Below the pieces are notes generated by a model. It had not been told where the DNA came from and did no database searches. It saw only the letters and a program-made list of their open reading frames with translations. This document shows, one piece after another, positions 9,344-18,678 of a stretch of 64,000 nucleotides of DNA. Source of the DNA: a bacterium (GTDB lineage Bacteria > Patescibacteriota > Patescibacteriia > Patescibacteriales > UBA12465); contig JAUYNJ010000001.1 of NCBI GenBank assembly GCA_030696105.1, positions 134,903 through 198,902 of the forward strand, written 5' to 3'. Numbering within the stretch: the first letter of the stretch is position 1; each line of letters starts with the position of its first letter. Position numbers and translations under genes: made by a program.

Positions 9344-10357
9344 ATGAGTAAAATGTTTAATCGTTTTTTACAGAATAAGCGAGCTGTTGGCACCGGTTTA
9401 ATTGTATTGGCCGTCGTCGTCGTAGCCGCTCTTTTCCTTTTTGGTCCATGGGGCCAGGCGGGCACAAAGTTAAGTAGTGAAGAAGCAAGCACAAAGTCAG
9501 AATCGTTTATTAATGATTTTCTAATGCCTAGCGGCAGTAAGGCAACGATTTCTGAGGTTAGCGAAGAGTATGGTTTATATAAGATGATGATTGATATTGG
9601 CTCAGAAAGCCCAGTAGAATCATACGTCACAAAAGATGGTCGCCTTTTCTTCCCACAAGCCATTGATATGGATGAAATGCTCGGCGAACAGTCACCAACT
9701 GCAGGCGCCCCTGGCGCCAATACAGCGATTGATTTAAATATTCCTAAGACTGATAAGCCGGTCGTTGAATTATTCGTGATGAGCTACTGCCCATACGGCA
9801 CTCAAATCGAAAAAGGCATGCTTCCGGTTATCGAAACGCTCGGTGATAAGATGGACTTCCGGTTAAAGTTTGTTGATTACATCATGCACGACAAGGAAGA
9901 AATCGATGAAAACCTTATTCAGTACTGTATTCAAGAGGAACAACCAGAACAACTTCTTTCATACTTACAGTGTTTCCTCGCTGATGGTGACACTGCTGGA
10001 TGTTTAAGTGGAAAGAATATTAATAAGAGTAAGATCGAAAGCTGTGTAGCTGCTACTGATAAGAAGTTCAGCGTCACTGACAATTACAACAAAAAACTAG
10101 ATTACCGCGGTCAGTTCCCAGGATTTAACGTTGATAAAGAAGATAACGCCAAGTACGGCGTTGGCGGCTCTCCGACATTAGTAATCAACGGCCTTGAGGT
10201 TTCAAGTGGCCGCGACTCCGCCACTTTGCTCGCCACTATCTGCTCAGCTTTTAACGAAGCTCCGGCTGAATGTGCCACTCAGTTAAATGCTCAGTCACCA
10301 ACTCCAGGCTTTGGCTTTGATTATAACGTTGCCTCCACTGACGCTTCCTGCAACTAA
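9344..10357 (+). CDS. Membrane-anchored thioredoxin-fold (DsbA/GILT-like) protein
   Basis: N-terminal TM helix, VELFVMSYCPYG, YGVGGSPTLVING cis-Pro motif, Cys-rich C-terminus. Confidence 0.75.
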   Translation: MSKMFNRFLQNKRAVGTGLIVLAVVVVAALFLFGPWGQAGTKLSSEEASTKSESFINDFLMPSGSKATISEVSEEYGLYKMMIDIGSESPVESYVTKDGRLFFPQAIDMDEMLGEQSPTAGAPGANTAIDLNIPKTDKPVVELFVMSYCPYGTQIEKGMLPVIETLGDKMDFRLKFVDYIMHDKEEIDENLIQYCIQEEQPEQLLSYLQCFLADGDTAGCLSGKNINKSKIESCVAATDKKFSVTDNYNKKLDYRGQFPGFNVDKEDNAKYGVGGSPTLVINGLEVSSGRDSATLLATICSAFNEAPAECATQLNAQSPTPGFGFDYNVASTDASCN

Positions 10358-10380
10358 AAAAGTAAGTAAAAATTGATACT

Positions 10381-10411
10381 AAAAAAGGCTATCTGCGTGA
10401 TAGCCTTTTTT
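10381..10411. terminator. Bidirectional intrinsic terminator
   Basis: AAAAAAGGCTATC-TGCGT-GATAGCCTTTTTT. Confidence 0.85.
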
Positions 10412-10425
10412 GATGCTCTGATGTA

Positions 10426-11652
10426 TTATCTCCCGCGCCAATGTTTGGCGGCGAGTATACGACGTACCGCTAAAATATAGGCGGCCTGCCTTAAACTAAT
10501 CCCTGTTTTTTCTTTGTAAACATCATAAGTGCGCTGCCAATTTGCTCTCATCTTTTTTTCTAGGAGATTTCGTAAATATTCTTCATCGAGAATCTGTCCA
10601 GTGCGATTCTGCGCCCATTCAAAGTAACTCACAATCACGCCACCTGAGTTAGCGAGAATGTCGGGAACAATTACGACGCCCGCCTCATCTAAAATCTTAT
10701 CGGCTGCTAAATCAATCGGCCCATTAGCCAATTCAATAATGTGCTTGGCTTTAATTCTGTGTGCATTGTCCGCCGTGATCTGATTTTCTAGGGCGGCAAG
10801 AATTAATATATCAACATCAAGCTCGAGTAAAACCTCATTGCTAATTGGCGCGCCTGGCTGAAAACCTTCAACCGCCTTACCCTCAGCTTTAAACAAGCTT
10901 AGCTTGGCAACATCTAACCCGTCAGCATTAAATATACCGCCGCGGCTATCAGATGCAGCTACTACTTTATAACCGTCAGCAAAAATCTTTTCTGCCATTA
11001 AGGCACCGGCATTGCCGAAGCCTTGAATAGCGACTGAGATGTCAGAAGGCTTGCGGTTTTTAATAAACATTTTCGCCGCTTCCTGCATCACAAAATATCC
11101 ACCCTGCGCAGTCGCATCTGCTCTTAACTTAATGCCGCCAAGCTCAACAGGTTTACCAGTAATCATCCCTGGCTCGTGTCTACCTGTTACTTTTTCAAAT
11201 TCATCGAGCATCCAGGACATAATCTGACTATTGGTATAAACGTCTGGCGCTGGGATATCCTTATCCTGCCCAAGCACATCAGCAAAAGTGCGTGCGTAAG
11301 CGCGCGAAACTGCTTCGAGTTCTGCCTTATCAGCAGTTTTAGGATCGAACTTAACGCCGCCTTTGGCGCCGCCGTAAGGGATGTCGGCTAATGAGTTCTT
11401 TAAAGCCATCCAGAAGGCGAGTGACTGCACCTCATCTTCACTCACATCGGGGTGATAGCGAATACCGCCCTTACCGGGACCAAGGTCTGAACTATAGAGA
11501 ATACGCCAAGCGGGATATTCCTTTCCGTTTACCTCCATGTTTTTATACGACACTCGTGCGGGCGTGCTCAGCAATACCAAATCTGACTCGCTTATACTGT
11601 CGAGCGCTGCGACCGTTGTCAAACGATTAAGATTGTCCTGAAAGATACTCAT
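10426..11652 (-). CDS. gdhA: Glu/Leu/Phe/Val dehydrogenase (glutamate dehydrogenase)
   Basis: GPGKGGIRYHP, PYGGAKGG, DIPAPDVYT, IQGFGNAG, PDILANSGGVIVSYFEW. Confidence 0.92.
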   Translation of the reverse strand: MSIFQDNLNRLTTVAALDSISESDLVLLSTPARVSYKNMEVNGKEYPAWRILYSSDLGPGKGGIRYHPDVSEDEVQSLAFWMALKNSLADIPYGGAKGGVKFDPKTADKAELEAVSRAYARTFADVLGQDKDIPAPDVYTNSQIMSWMLDEFEKVTGRHEPGMITGKPVELGGIKLRADATAQGGYFVMQEAAKMFIKNRKPSDISVAIQGFGNAGALMAEKIFADGYKVVAASDSRGGIFNADGLDVAKLSLFKAEGKAVEGFQPGAPISNEVLLELDVDILILAALENQITADNAHRIKAKHIIELANGPIDLAADKILDEAGVVIVPDILANSGGVIVSYFEWAQNRTGQILDEEYLRNLLEKKMRANWQRTYDVYKEKTGISLRQAAYILAVRRILAAKHWRGR

Positions 11653-11717
11653 ATATATCGATGGTTATTATATAAACAAAGCGACCGCAAAATACGGCCG
11701 CTTGGTCTTTTTATATG

Positions 11718-12047
11718 TTATAAATGCTTCTCGAGGCTTGCTCGTAAATCATCCTGACTTCTTAAGCCGATGAATTCTTCAACCACCTGCCCGCCCTTGA
11801 ACAACTTCATGTTAGGGATGCTTTGGATTTGGTATTGAATAGCTAAGTCTTGATTCTCAGGATTCTCAGTATCAACTTTTGTAATCTTCATTTTACCATC
11901 AAAAGTTGTTGCTAATTCATCGAGAATTGGCGCCATCATCCGACACGGCGCACACCATGGTGCCCAAAAATCGACGAGAACCGGTGTCTCACTTTTTAAT
12001 ACCTGTTCTTTAAAAGTGCTTTTTGTTAAATCAATTGCTTTACCCAT
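11718..12047 (-). CDS. trxA: Thioredoxin
   Basis: VLVDFWAPWCAPC, IQSIP. Confidence 0.96.
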   Translation of the reverse strand: MGKAIDLTKSTFKEQVLKSETPVLVDFWAPWCAPCRMMAPILDELATTFDGKMKITKVDTENPENQDLAIQYQIQSIPNMKLFKGGQVVEEFIGLRSQDDLRASLEKHL

Positions 12048-12067
12048 AAATTTATATTTTATGTTTA

Positions 12068-12313
12068 TTATTTTTTAATTACTTCTTTTAGCAAGCCGGC
12101 CATCTTTTCACGTTTTGCCGGCGATATTTTACCATTTAAACAACGGTCCAACTCAGAAGAAAGTATTTGCTCGGTGAGCGATGACATCGCAGAACGAACA
12201 GCCTTCATTTGATTAAGCAAAGGAAAGCAATCCTCCGGAGCTTGAGCAAGCATCCGCTTGATGCCTTCTAGCTGTCCAATAATATTGTTTATCCTTTGTT
12301 CTGAGGTTTTCAT
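12068..12313 (-). CDS. CsoR/RcnR-family repressor
   Basis: RINNIIGQLEGIKRM...C..LLNQMKAVRSAM...C; start at ATG 12313. Confidence 0.88.
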   Translation of the reverse strand: MKTSEQRINNIIGQLEGIKRMLAQAPEDCFPLLNQMKAVRSAMSSLTEQILSSELDRCLNGKISPAKREKMAGLLKEVIKK

Positions 12314-12331
12314 AAATTTGTATCTATTCTG

Positions 12332-12361
12332 AGTATACACCACACCCCAGGGGGGTGTCAA
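12332..12361 (-). promoter_or_regulatory. Promoter with a CsoR/RcnR-type G/C-tract operator in the spacer
   Basis: TTGACA(12361-12356)-18-TATACT(12337-12332); inverted repeat ACACCCC-AGG-GGGGTGT overlaps the -35 and spacer. Confidence 0.75.
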
Positions 12362-13059
12362 GAGCTTTGAGTTTTTTCTGCAATTATCCAGTAATTGTAG
12401 CCACTGTTATTGTCTTTTATTACTTTCCAGCCAGCGGCTTCTATTTCGCGACGAAAGCCTGAACGGGTGAATAGGTGATAATACCGGGTCGCCATTTCCT
12501 TGCCGTCATCGCCCTTCCAAGGGAAAACAAAATCTAGCCAGCCGTAAGGATGTGCGCCGCGTATTTTTTTTAACCAGGTTTGATAGAGCTGACGCCGATA
12601 CTTTCCTCTAAACTTCCAATAACTAATAATTAATTTGCCACCGGGAGCGGTCGCGTTATAAATATTTTTCAGTGCCTGAATTCTTTCATTCTTACCCGGG
12701 ATGTGACCCAGTACCGCCGAACAAAAAACGGCACTGTATTTATCAGTGGGAAGAGAGTTAATAATGGTTAAATCAGCGACCTCAAACTGAAAGGCAGGGT
12801 GATCTTGGCGGGCAATTTCAATTAAAGCCCGACTTTGATCGATGCCGAGATAGTTATTAGGATTAATGCTCAGCCAGTCGAGTAGTCGCCCGTTACCGCA
12901 ACCAGCATCAAGCACAAAATCATCTGCTTGAATATGCCCCATCGCCCAAAAAAAATCTAAGCCAGGTGCTTTAACCCTAGTGGCCGCGAAATGCTTCGCC
13001 GCGACTTCGTATGAAGACGCAACCATCTCTTTTAGTTGTCGAAGCTTATTTTCTTTCAT
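12358..13059 (-). CDS. Class I SAM methyltransferase, Trm9/ALKBH8-like
   Basis: Y-x-x-x-A-x-HF-x-x-TR, LDAGCGNGR, SAVLGHI...ER, PGGKLIISYW, D-x-x-x-PW, RYYHLF. Confidence 0.8.
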   Translation of the reverse strand: MKENKLRQLKEMVASSYEVAAKHFAATRVKAPGLDFFWAMGHIQADDFVLDAGCGNGRLLDWLSINPNNYLGIDQSRALIEIARQDHPAFQFEVADLTIINSLPTDKYSAVFCSAVLGHIPGKNERIQALKNIYNATAPGGKLIISYWKFRGKYRRQLYQTWLKKIRGAHPYGWLDFVFPWKGDDGKEMATRYYHLFTRSGFRREIEAAGWKVIKDNNSGYNYWIIAEKTQSS

Positions 13060-13061
13060 AA

Positions 13062-14819
13062 TTAATAGCTGGCGAGGTATTCTCGTTTTGGCATTTTACC
13101 GCGACGCATACAATTATCACAGTGTCCGCAGAGTTTTGGATCATCTTCTCCGAAATATTTCAAGATAAACTGCTGTCGACACATATTAGTGCGCACGTAT
13201 GCTTCCATTTCTTCAAGTTTAGCACGTGCCCGACCAGCCTTTTCTTCTAGAGCAGAAAAGTCGACGTCTATTTCTTCGGGGTCCGTTTCTTTCAGTATTC
13301 GAATTTCAGTGCCCTTAAAAGGAGGGCGGTATTCAACTAAGTCTTGCTCAGCCATTTTTTTTATCGCTCGGTTAAGCACGTCTTTTTTGATGCGTAAACT
13401 AAGAGCTGCTTCCTCGGCAACAAATTGCCAGCCATTTTGTATTTCATCCTCGTAGCGTTCTTTAAGTTTTTCTGCAATCGCAAGCTGCACTTTAGCGCGT
13501 GGACTAATGGCTGCAATTAATTCTTCCCACGATTTCAATAACTTTAAATAACTATTTGTGGTTCTTTCGTTGGGACGAGAGACATAGCCTTCTTTTTCTA
13601 AAATTTTAATAGCCGTGCCCACTGCCATTTCCGGCGCCGATTCTGACAACTGCTTAGTGAGTTCGCCGTAGGTAATTAAAACGGTTTCTTCATGCTCAGG
13701 ATTATTTTCTTTCGCCTGCAACAGAAAACGATACACATCTTTTATCAGTTGTGGTCCGGGGTTATCACCTTGAATAAAGAATTCTCGTAGGTAACGGTCG
13801 GAAGGGGAGTGAAACAAAATGCAAATACTTGGCCGCCCATCACGTCCGGCGCGACCTGCTTCTTGATAATAAGCTTCCAGTGTTCCCGGTAAATCATGGT
13901 GTAAAACAAAACGTATATCTTTCTTGTTGATCCCGAGACCAAAGGCGTTAGTGGCGACTACCACCTGCGCTTCTTTGCGCATAAACTGTTCCTGCACCCA
14001 ATTGCGACTATCAGCATCCATGCCGCCGTGATATGCAACGGCCGTAATGTCGTAATCAGACAGATATTCAACAATCTCATCAGCTTTCGAGCGCGTCCCC
14101 ACATAAACAATGCCGGAACCGCTTTCTTGTGAGCGAATAGCATCAAGAATATATTCAAATTTATCACTACCTTTTGCCTGCACAGCCGCCAACTGCAAAT
14201 TAGGTCGCGCAAAACCACTAACGACCAGCTCATAATCACTCAGACCTAATTGTTTGGCGATATCAGTTCGCACCTCCGTTGTGGCAGTAGCGGTAAGAGC
14301 GACCACGGTCGGATTGCCACAAAACTTTATCACTTCTTTTAAGCGTAAGTAGCTTGGACGGAAGTCGTGTCCCCACTGGCTGATGCAGTGCGCCTCATCA
14401 ATGGCAAACAAAGATACTTTTAATTTTTTTAGTTCATCCAAAAAAGCGCGATTATAAAAACGCTCGGGGGCAATGTAAATTAAACGAAAAGCGCCATCTC
14501 TTATTTGCGCTAAACGTTTAGTCGTTTCACTCAGCGACACGGATGAGTTAATAAAAGTTGCGGGAATGCCAACTTTTTCGAGAGAATCTACCTGATCTTT
14601 CATTAAGGCAATAAGGGGTGAGACGACTAAAGTTACCCCCTCTAAAACCAGAGAGGGCAATTGAAAAATCATCGATTTACCAGCCCCAGTCGGCAGAACG
14701 GCGACCGTATCTTTTCCATTTAAAAGGGCGTCAATCGCTTTTTCTTGTCCGGGACGAAAAGACTCGTATCCAAAATGGATGCGAAGCAGCTCAATTACTT
14801 GTTTCTTCTTAATCTCCAT
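13062..14819 (-). CDS. recQ: RecQ-family ATP-dependent DNA helicase
   Basis: [45 protein letters not shown]-terminal CRxxxILxYFGE...CGHCDNC; alternative start at 14852. Confidence 0.93.
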   Translation of the reverse strand: MEIKKKQVIELLRIHFGYESFRPGQEKAIDALLNGKDTVAVLPTGAGKSMIFQLPSLVLEGVTLVVSPLIALMKDQVDSLEKVGIPATFINSSVSLSETTKRLAQIRDGAFRLIYIAPERFYNRAFLDELKKLKVSLFAIDEAHCISQWGHDFRPSYLRLKEVIKFCGNPTVVALTATATTEVRTDIAKQLGLSDYELVVSGFARPNLQLAAVQAKGSDKFEYILDAIRSQESGSGIVYVGTRSKADEIVEYLSDYDITAVAYHGGMDADSRNWVQEQFMRKEAQVVVATNAFGLGINKKDIRFVLHHDLPGTLEAYYQEAGRAGRDGRPSICILFHSPSDRYLREFFIQGDNPGPQLIKDVYRFLLQAKENNPEHEETVLITYGELTKQLSESAPEMAVGTAIKILEKEGYVSRPNERTTNSYLKLLKSWEELIAAISPRAKVQLAIAEKLKERYEDEIQNGWQFVAEEAALSLRIKKDVLNRAIKKMAEQDLVEYRPPFKGTEIRILKETDPEEIDVDFSALEEKAGRARAKLEEMEAYVRTNMCRQQFILKYFGEDDPKLCGHCDNCMRRGKMPKREYLASY

Positions 14820-14885
14820 GGAGTCTATAGACAAGTAAAGCCATGCGGACATGGCTATTACTTTATTTAATCTAACATTTTCAAA

Positions 14886-15737
14886 TTATTGACGGCGACG
14901 ATATATTTCAACCACATTTTTAAATAGAAAGGCGATGGTCATTGGACCAATTCCTCCTGGCACTGGGGTAATAGCGGCGGCATTATTTGCAGCACTATCA
15001 AAATCAACATCACCATGCACATGTCCATGGTCAGTGTTAATACCAATATCAACAATCACCGCTCCCTCGCGAACATAGTCCTCGTTTAAAAATAAAGGTA
15101 GACCGAGCGCGGTAACAATTAAATCCGCTTTCTTACTCACTGCTGTTAAACGATCTCGTAAAGCATTATCAGTGAGTGGGCTTTCGTCTTCTTTCACGGG
15201 CAACAAATCAACTTGCAGACCAAGTTTTTCTAAGTGCGATTTGAAAGATTCTCCAAAAACAGCGGAACGATGAAATACGCAAGCTCGACCGGTAATTTTT
15301 TTCTGCTTAGCAATATAATCGACTGCAGCGATGACCGGCGAAAGTACGTATTCTGGATGATAGGGATGGAAACCGTCCGCATCTTTGTAAGGACTAATAG
15401 CGGCAATCATTTTATCAGTATCAAATGAAATTGGCAGCGGTAACTGCAGCAATATCGCATCAACGCTTTCATCTTTATTCAAAAAATCAATCACAGTAAG
15501 CAGCTCCGCTTCGCTTGATTCCTCTTCCAGTCTATAAATATGAGTATCAATACTCACTTTTATGGCCTCTCGTTCTTTTAAAGAAACATAGAGCTTAGAG
15601 TCAGGGCGATCACCAACTAAAATAATTGCGAGACTGGGCCTACTTTCACCGCCATTCTCAAAAATCTCCGCCGTAATTTCATCTTTAATCTTTTCGGCGA
15701 TTTTTCTGCCATCAATTATTTGTTTAATTACTTTCAT
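14886..15737 (-). CDS. folD: Methylenetetrahydrofolate dehydrogenase/cyclohydrolase
   Basis: IDGRKIA, YVSLK, LLQLPLP, KDADGFHP, ITPVPGGIGPMT. Confidence 0.93.
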   Translation of the reverse strand: MKVIKQIIDGRKIAEKIKDEITAEIFENGGESRPSLAIILVGDRPDSKLYVSLKEREAIKVSIDTHIYRLEEESSEAELLTVIDFLNKDESVDAILLQLPLPISFDTDKMIAAISPYKDADGFHPYHPEYVLSPVIAAVDYIAKQKKITGRACVFHRSAVFGESFKSHLEKLGLQVDLLPVKEDESPLTDNALRDRLTAVSKKADLIVTALGLPLFLNEDYVREGAVIVDIGINTDHGHVHGDVDFDSAANNAAAITPVPGGIGPMTIAFLFKNVVEIYRRRQ

Positions 15738-15739
15738 GT

Positions 15740-16981
15740 TTAAGCCGGGATAGGATAGCGTTTACAAAATTCCGCTGTCTTACCTTTTAATTCTAATAAC
15801 TTCACTTCATCTTCACGGTTAATAATCGCATCATCAATAATATCGGCTACAACTTTCATGTCTGCCTCTTTAAGTCCACGTGTCGTCACAGCTGGTGTGC
15901 CAATGCGAATACCCGAAGGATTCATTGGGGGATTAGGGTCATCAGGAATGGTGGAACGAGAAACGGAAATACCAAGTGCCTCGAGAGCCTTCTCCGCTTC
16001 CTTACCGACTAAGCCCTTAGTTGATAGGTCGACGACAAAAAGATGATTATCAGTACCGCCGGAGACAATACTATATCCTTTCGCAATTAAGGCGTCTGAT
16101 AAAGCCTGCGCATTTAAAATTGTTTGATGAGAGTACTCAGCAAATTCTGGTTTTAAGGCTTCACCAAAGGCAACAGCTTTAGCGGCGGTAACATTATCAT
16201 GAGGACCGCCTTGCATGCCTGGAAATACGGCACGATCAACTTGTTTTGCAAACTGCTCCTTACACATAATAACGGCGCCTCTCGGTCCGCGCAGGGTTTT
16301 ATGAGTCGTCGTTGCCACAACATCAAATATCGGCACCGGGTTAGTCAGTTGTTTGCCAGCAATTAGACCAGCAATGTGCGCGATATCAGCAAAAGTGTAG
16401 GCGCCAATTTCATCAGCAATTGCCTTAAATCCCGCCCAGTCAATTTCACGTGAGTAGGCGCTAAAGCCGGCTACAATCATTTTCGGTCTTTCGGCGAGAG
16501 CAACTTTGCGCAGCTCGTCCATATCAATGCGACCAGTTTTTGGGTCTAAGCCGTATTGTACAAAGTTATATAAGCGACCAGAGAAGTTTACACTATGTCC
16601 GTGAGAAAGGTGTCCGCCGTGATCAAGGCGTAAGCCTAGAACCTTATCACCTGGCTCCAGGAAAGCCATATAGACCGCGGCGTTGGCCGGTGACCCGGAC
16701 AAAGGCTGTACATTCGCGTGTTCAGCAGAAAAAAGCTCCTTAACGCGATTAATCGCCAAAGTTTCAATTTCATCAATAATACTGTTCCCGCCGTAATATC
16801 GTTTACCGGGGTAACCTTCGCTATATTTATTCGTTAAGACCGAGGACAAAGCCGCTCGCACCGCAGGTGAGGCGTAATTTTCAGAAGCAATGAGCTCAAG
16901 CTCATTATCTTGTCGTGTTTCCTCGCGTTCGATTATCTCGTCAACGACGGGGTCAAAAGTTGATAGTTCTTGTATTTTCAT
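15740..16981 (-). CDS. glyA: Serine hydroxymethyltransferase
   Basis: LIASENY, NKYSEGYPGKRYYGG, TTTHKTLRGPRG, GIRIGTPAVTTRG. Confidence 0.98.
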   Translation of the reverse strand: MKIQELSTFDPVVDEIIEREETRQDNELELIASENYASPAVRAALSSVLTNKYSEGYPGKRYYGGNSIIDEIETLAINRVKELFSAEHANVQPLSGSPANAAVYMAFLEPGDKVLGLRLDHGGHLSHGHSVNFSGRLYNFVQYGLDPKTGRIDMDELRKVALAERPKMIVAGFSAYSREIDWAGFKAIADEIGAYTFADIAHIAGLIAGKQLTNPVPIFDVVATTTHKTLRGPRGAVIMCKEQFAKQVDRAVFPGMQGGPHDNVTAAKAVAFGEALKPEFAEYSHQTILNAQALSDALIAKGYSIVSGGTDNHLFVVDLSTKGLVGKEAEKALEALGISVSRSTIPDDPNPPMNPSGIRIGTPAVTTRGLKEADMKVVADIIDDAIINREDEVKLLELKGKTAEFCKRYPIPA

Positions 16982-17045
16982 ATCTCTATCTTAGTTTAGC
17001 TAAGACCTTTTGTCAAAAGCTAAAATGCACTTTATTATAGCATTT

Positions 17046-18623
17046 TTAGAGCTTTTTTATCATATATCCGCCCGCTAAGCGATAGCCTAGTTTACGGTAA
17101 TAGCCTCTGACGCCGACGCCAGAGATTACAGCCAGCTTATCTGCCTTTTCTTGCTTAGCAATGCGCTCCGCTTCTTGCATTAAGCGTTTACCCAGGCCAC
17201 GATGCTGAACGCTCTTTTGACCACCAACAGGTGCTAGCTCGCCGTAGACGTGTAACTCACGGATAATCGCAGCGGCAACTGGACTAGATTTATCCAGGCG
17301 TAAGCGGCAGAATCCGTAAATTGTTTTACAATCAGTACTATCTAGACTAATGAAGTATTCCTCCCCACCGGAAGCTTTATACTGCTGCACATTTAAACTG
17401 TGTTCGCCGATTGAGGCCGTTTTTGGCTCACGGCACCTAATACAATGGCAAATAGCTCCCCGCTGCTGCATCACTTGTCTTAGGTTGGTAATTTTATTAC
17501 CGGCAATAATAGACTCGGCTGGTATATCGCGGATCAAACGAATAATGCGGACATAGGACGGGACTAAAGCTTTGCATTTTAAGATTAAGTTCTGCAAAAC
17601 TTTATCAGAATATGGTTTATATTTACCCGCCTTATACCATTTGTATAATAAGCTTCCCTTAGTTACGACGGTGGGATAAAATTTTATTTGATCTGGTTGA
17701 AATCGGGCATCAATAAACAAACGAGCAAACAATTTTAAATCTAAGCGAGGGTTCGAGCCTGGTAAAGCAGGCATTAGGTGATATGTGATCTTAAAGCCGT
17801 ATTGCTTTAATAAGGTAGTCGCTTCAGCAATAGCAGCGACGCCATGTCCACGTTTATTTAATTTTAAGATTGCGTCATCAACCGCTTGCACACCCATTTC
17901 CACGCGGGTGCATCCAAATTCGCGCATCTGCTCAAGCTCTTTTTTATTAATATAATCAGGGCGAGTCTCTAAAGTAAGACCAATGATGCGATACCGCGCT
18001 TGCTCATTTCTTTTTTGTTCCCGCTGCAATATTATTTTTAAATCGCTTAACTTAGTACTTAGAGGATAAGGCGTATTTACGAGCTTGCCGTTCGCTCGGT
18101 AATCATTAGCGGCCTTAAAGCAATTTACGATATACCAATATTTGTATTTTTCAGGCAGATAACTCCAAGTGCCACCAATAACAATGAGCTCCATCTTCGT
18201 GGGCTCATGACCGTTGTTCTCTAACGCACGCAAACGGGAGACAACTTGAATGTAGGGATGATAATCACAACGAATCGCACGCATTACCGCTGGTTCATTA
18301 GCCAGATAACTCACGGGGACGTCGGTTTCCCTGGGACAGTAAGCGCAAGTGCCTGGACAGGGATAGGATTTTGTTAAAACTGCAATCGGCGCAATTCCTG
18401 ATAATGTGCGCACCGAACGCTTCCTTAATAATGATTCAAAAGCTAAATTAGGTTTAAGTATTTTTTCACTAACCAGTCGCTTATATTCGCGAATTATCTC
18501 GTCATTACGAATAGCGTCAAGCTTATATTTTTTAGTATAAACTCTTTTTAGAGATGACAACTCATCCCGGTTGCGAACGGAATTTATACCCTCTTTGATT
18601 AATTCAGAAATTGCCTGGACCAT
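17046..18623 (-). CDS. elp3: Elp3-family radical SAM/KAT tRNA U34 carboxymethyltransferase
   Basis: VRTLSGIAPIAV, CPGTCAYCP, IGGTW, ETRPDY, RIIRLIRDIP, CxCIRCRE, IRELHVYG, QHRGLG, VISGVGVRGYYRKLGY; start at ATG 18623. Confidence 0.93.
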   Translation of the reverse strand: MVQAISELIKEGINSVRNRDELSSLKRVYTKKYKLDAIRNDEIIREYKRLVSEKILKPNLAFESLLRKRSVRTLSGIAPIAVLTKSYPCPGTCAYCPRETDVPVSYLANEPAVMRAIRCDYHPYIQVVSRLRALENNGHEPTKMELIVIGGTWSYLPEKYKYWYIVNCFKAANDYRANGKLVNTPYPLSTKLSDLKIILQREQKRNEQARYRIIGLTLETRPDYINKKELEQMREFGCTRVEMGVQAVDDAILKLNKRGHGVAAIAEATTLLKQYGFKITYHLMPALPGSNPRLDLKLFARLFIDARFQPDQIKFYPTVVTKGSLLYKWYKAGKYKPYSDKVLQNLILKCKALVPSYVRIIRLIRDIPAESIIAGNKITNLRQVMQQRGAICHCIRCREPKTASIGEHSLNVQQYKASGGEEYFISLDSTDCKTIYGFCRLRLDKSSPVAAAIIRELHVYGELAPVGGQKSVQHRGLGKRLMQEAERIAKQEKADKLAVISGVGVRGYYRKLGYRLAGGYMIKKL

Positions 18624-18678
18624 AGTTTTAGGATATAATAACGGTATAATTATAGCAAATATTTGTAATTTTTTTATT

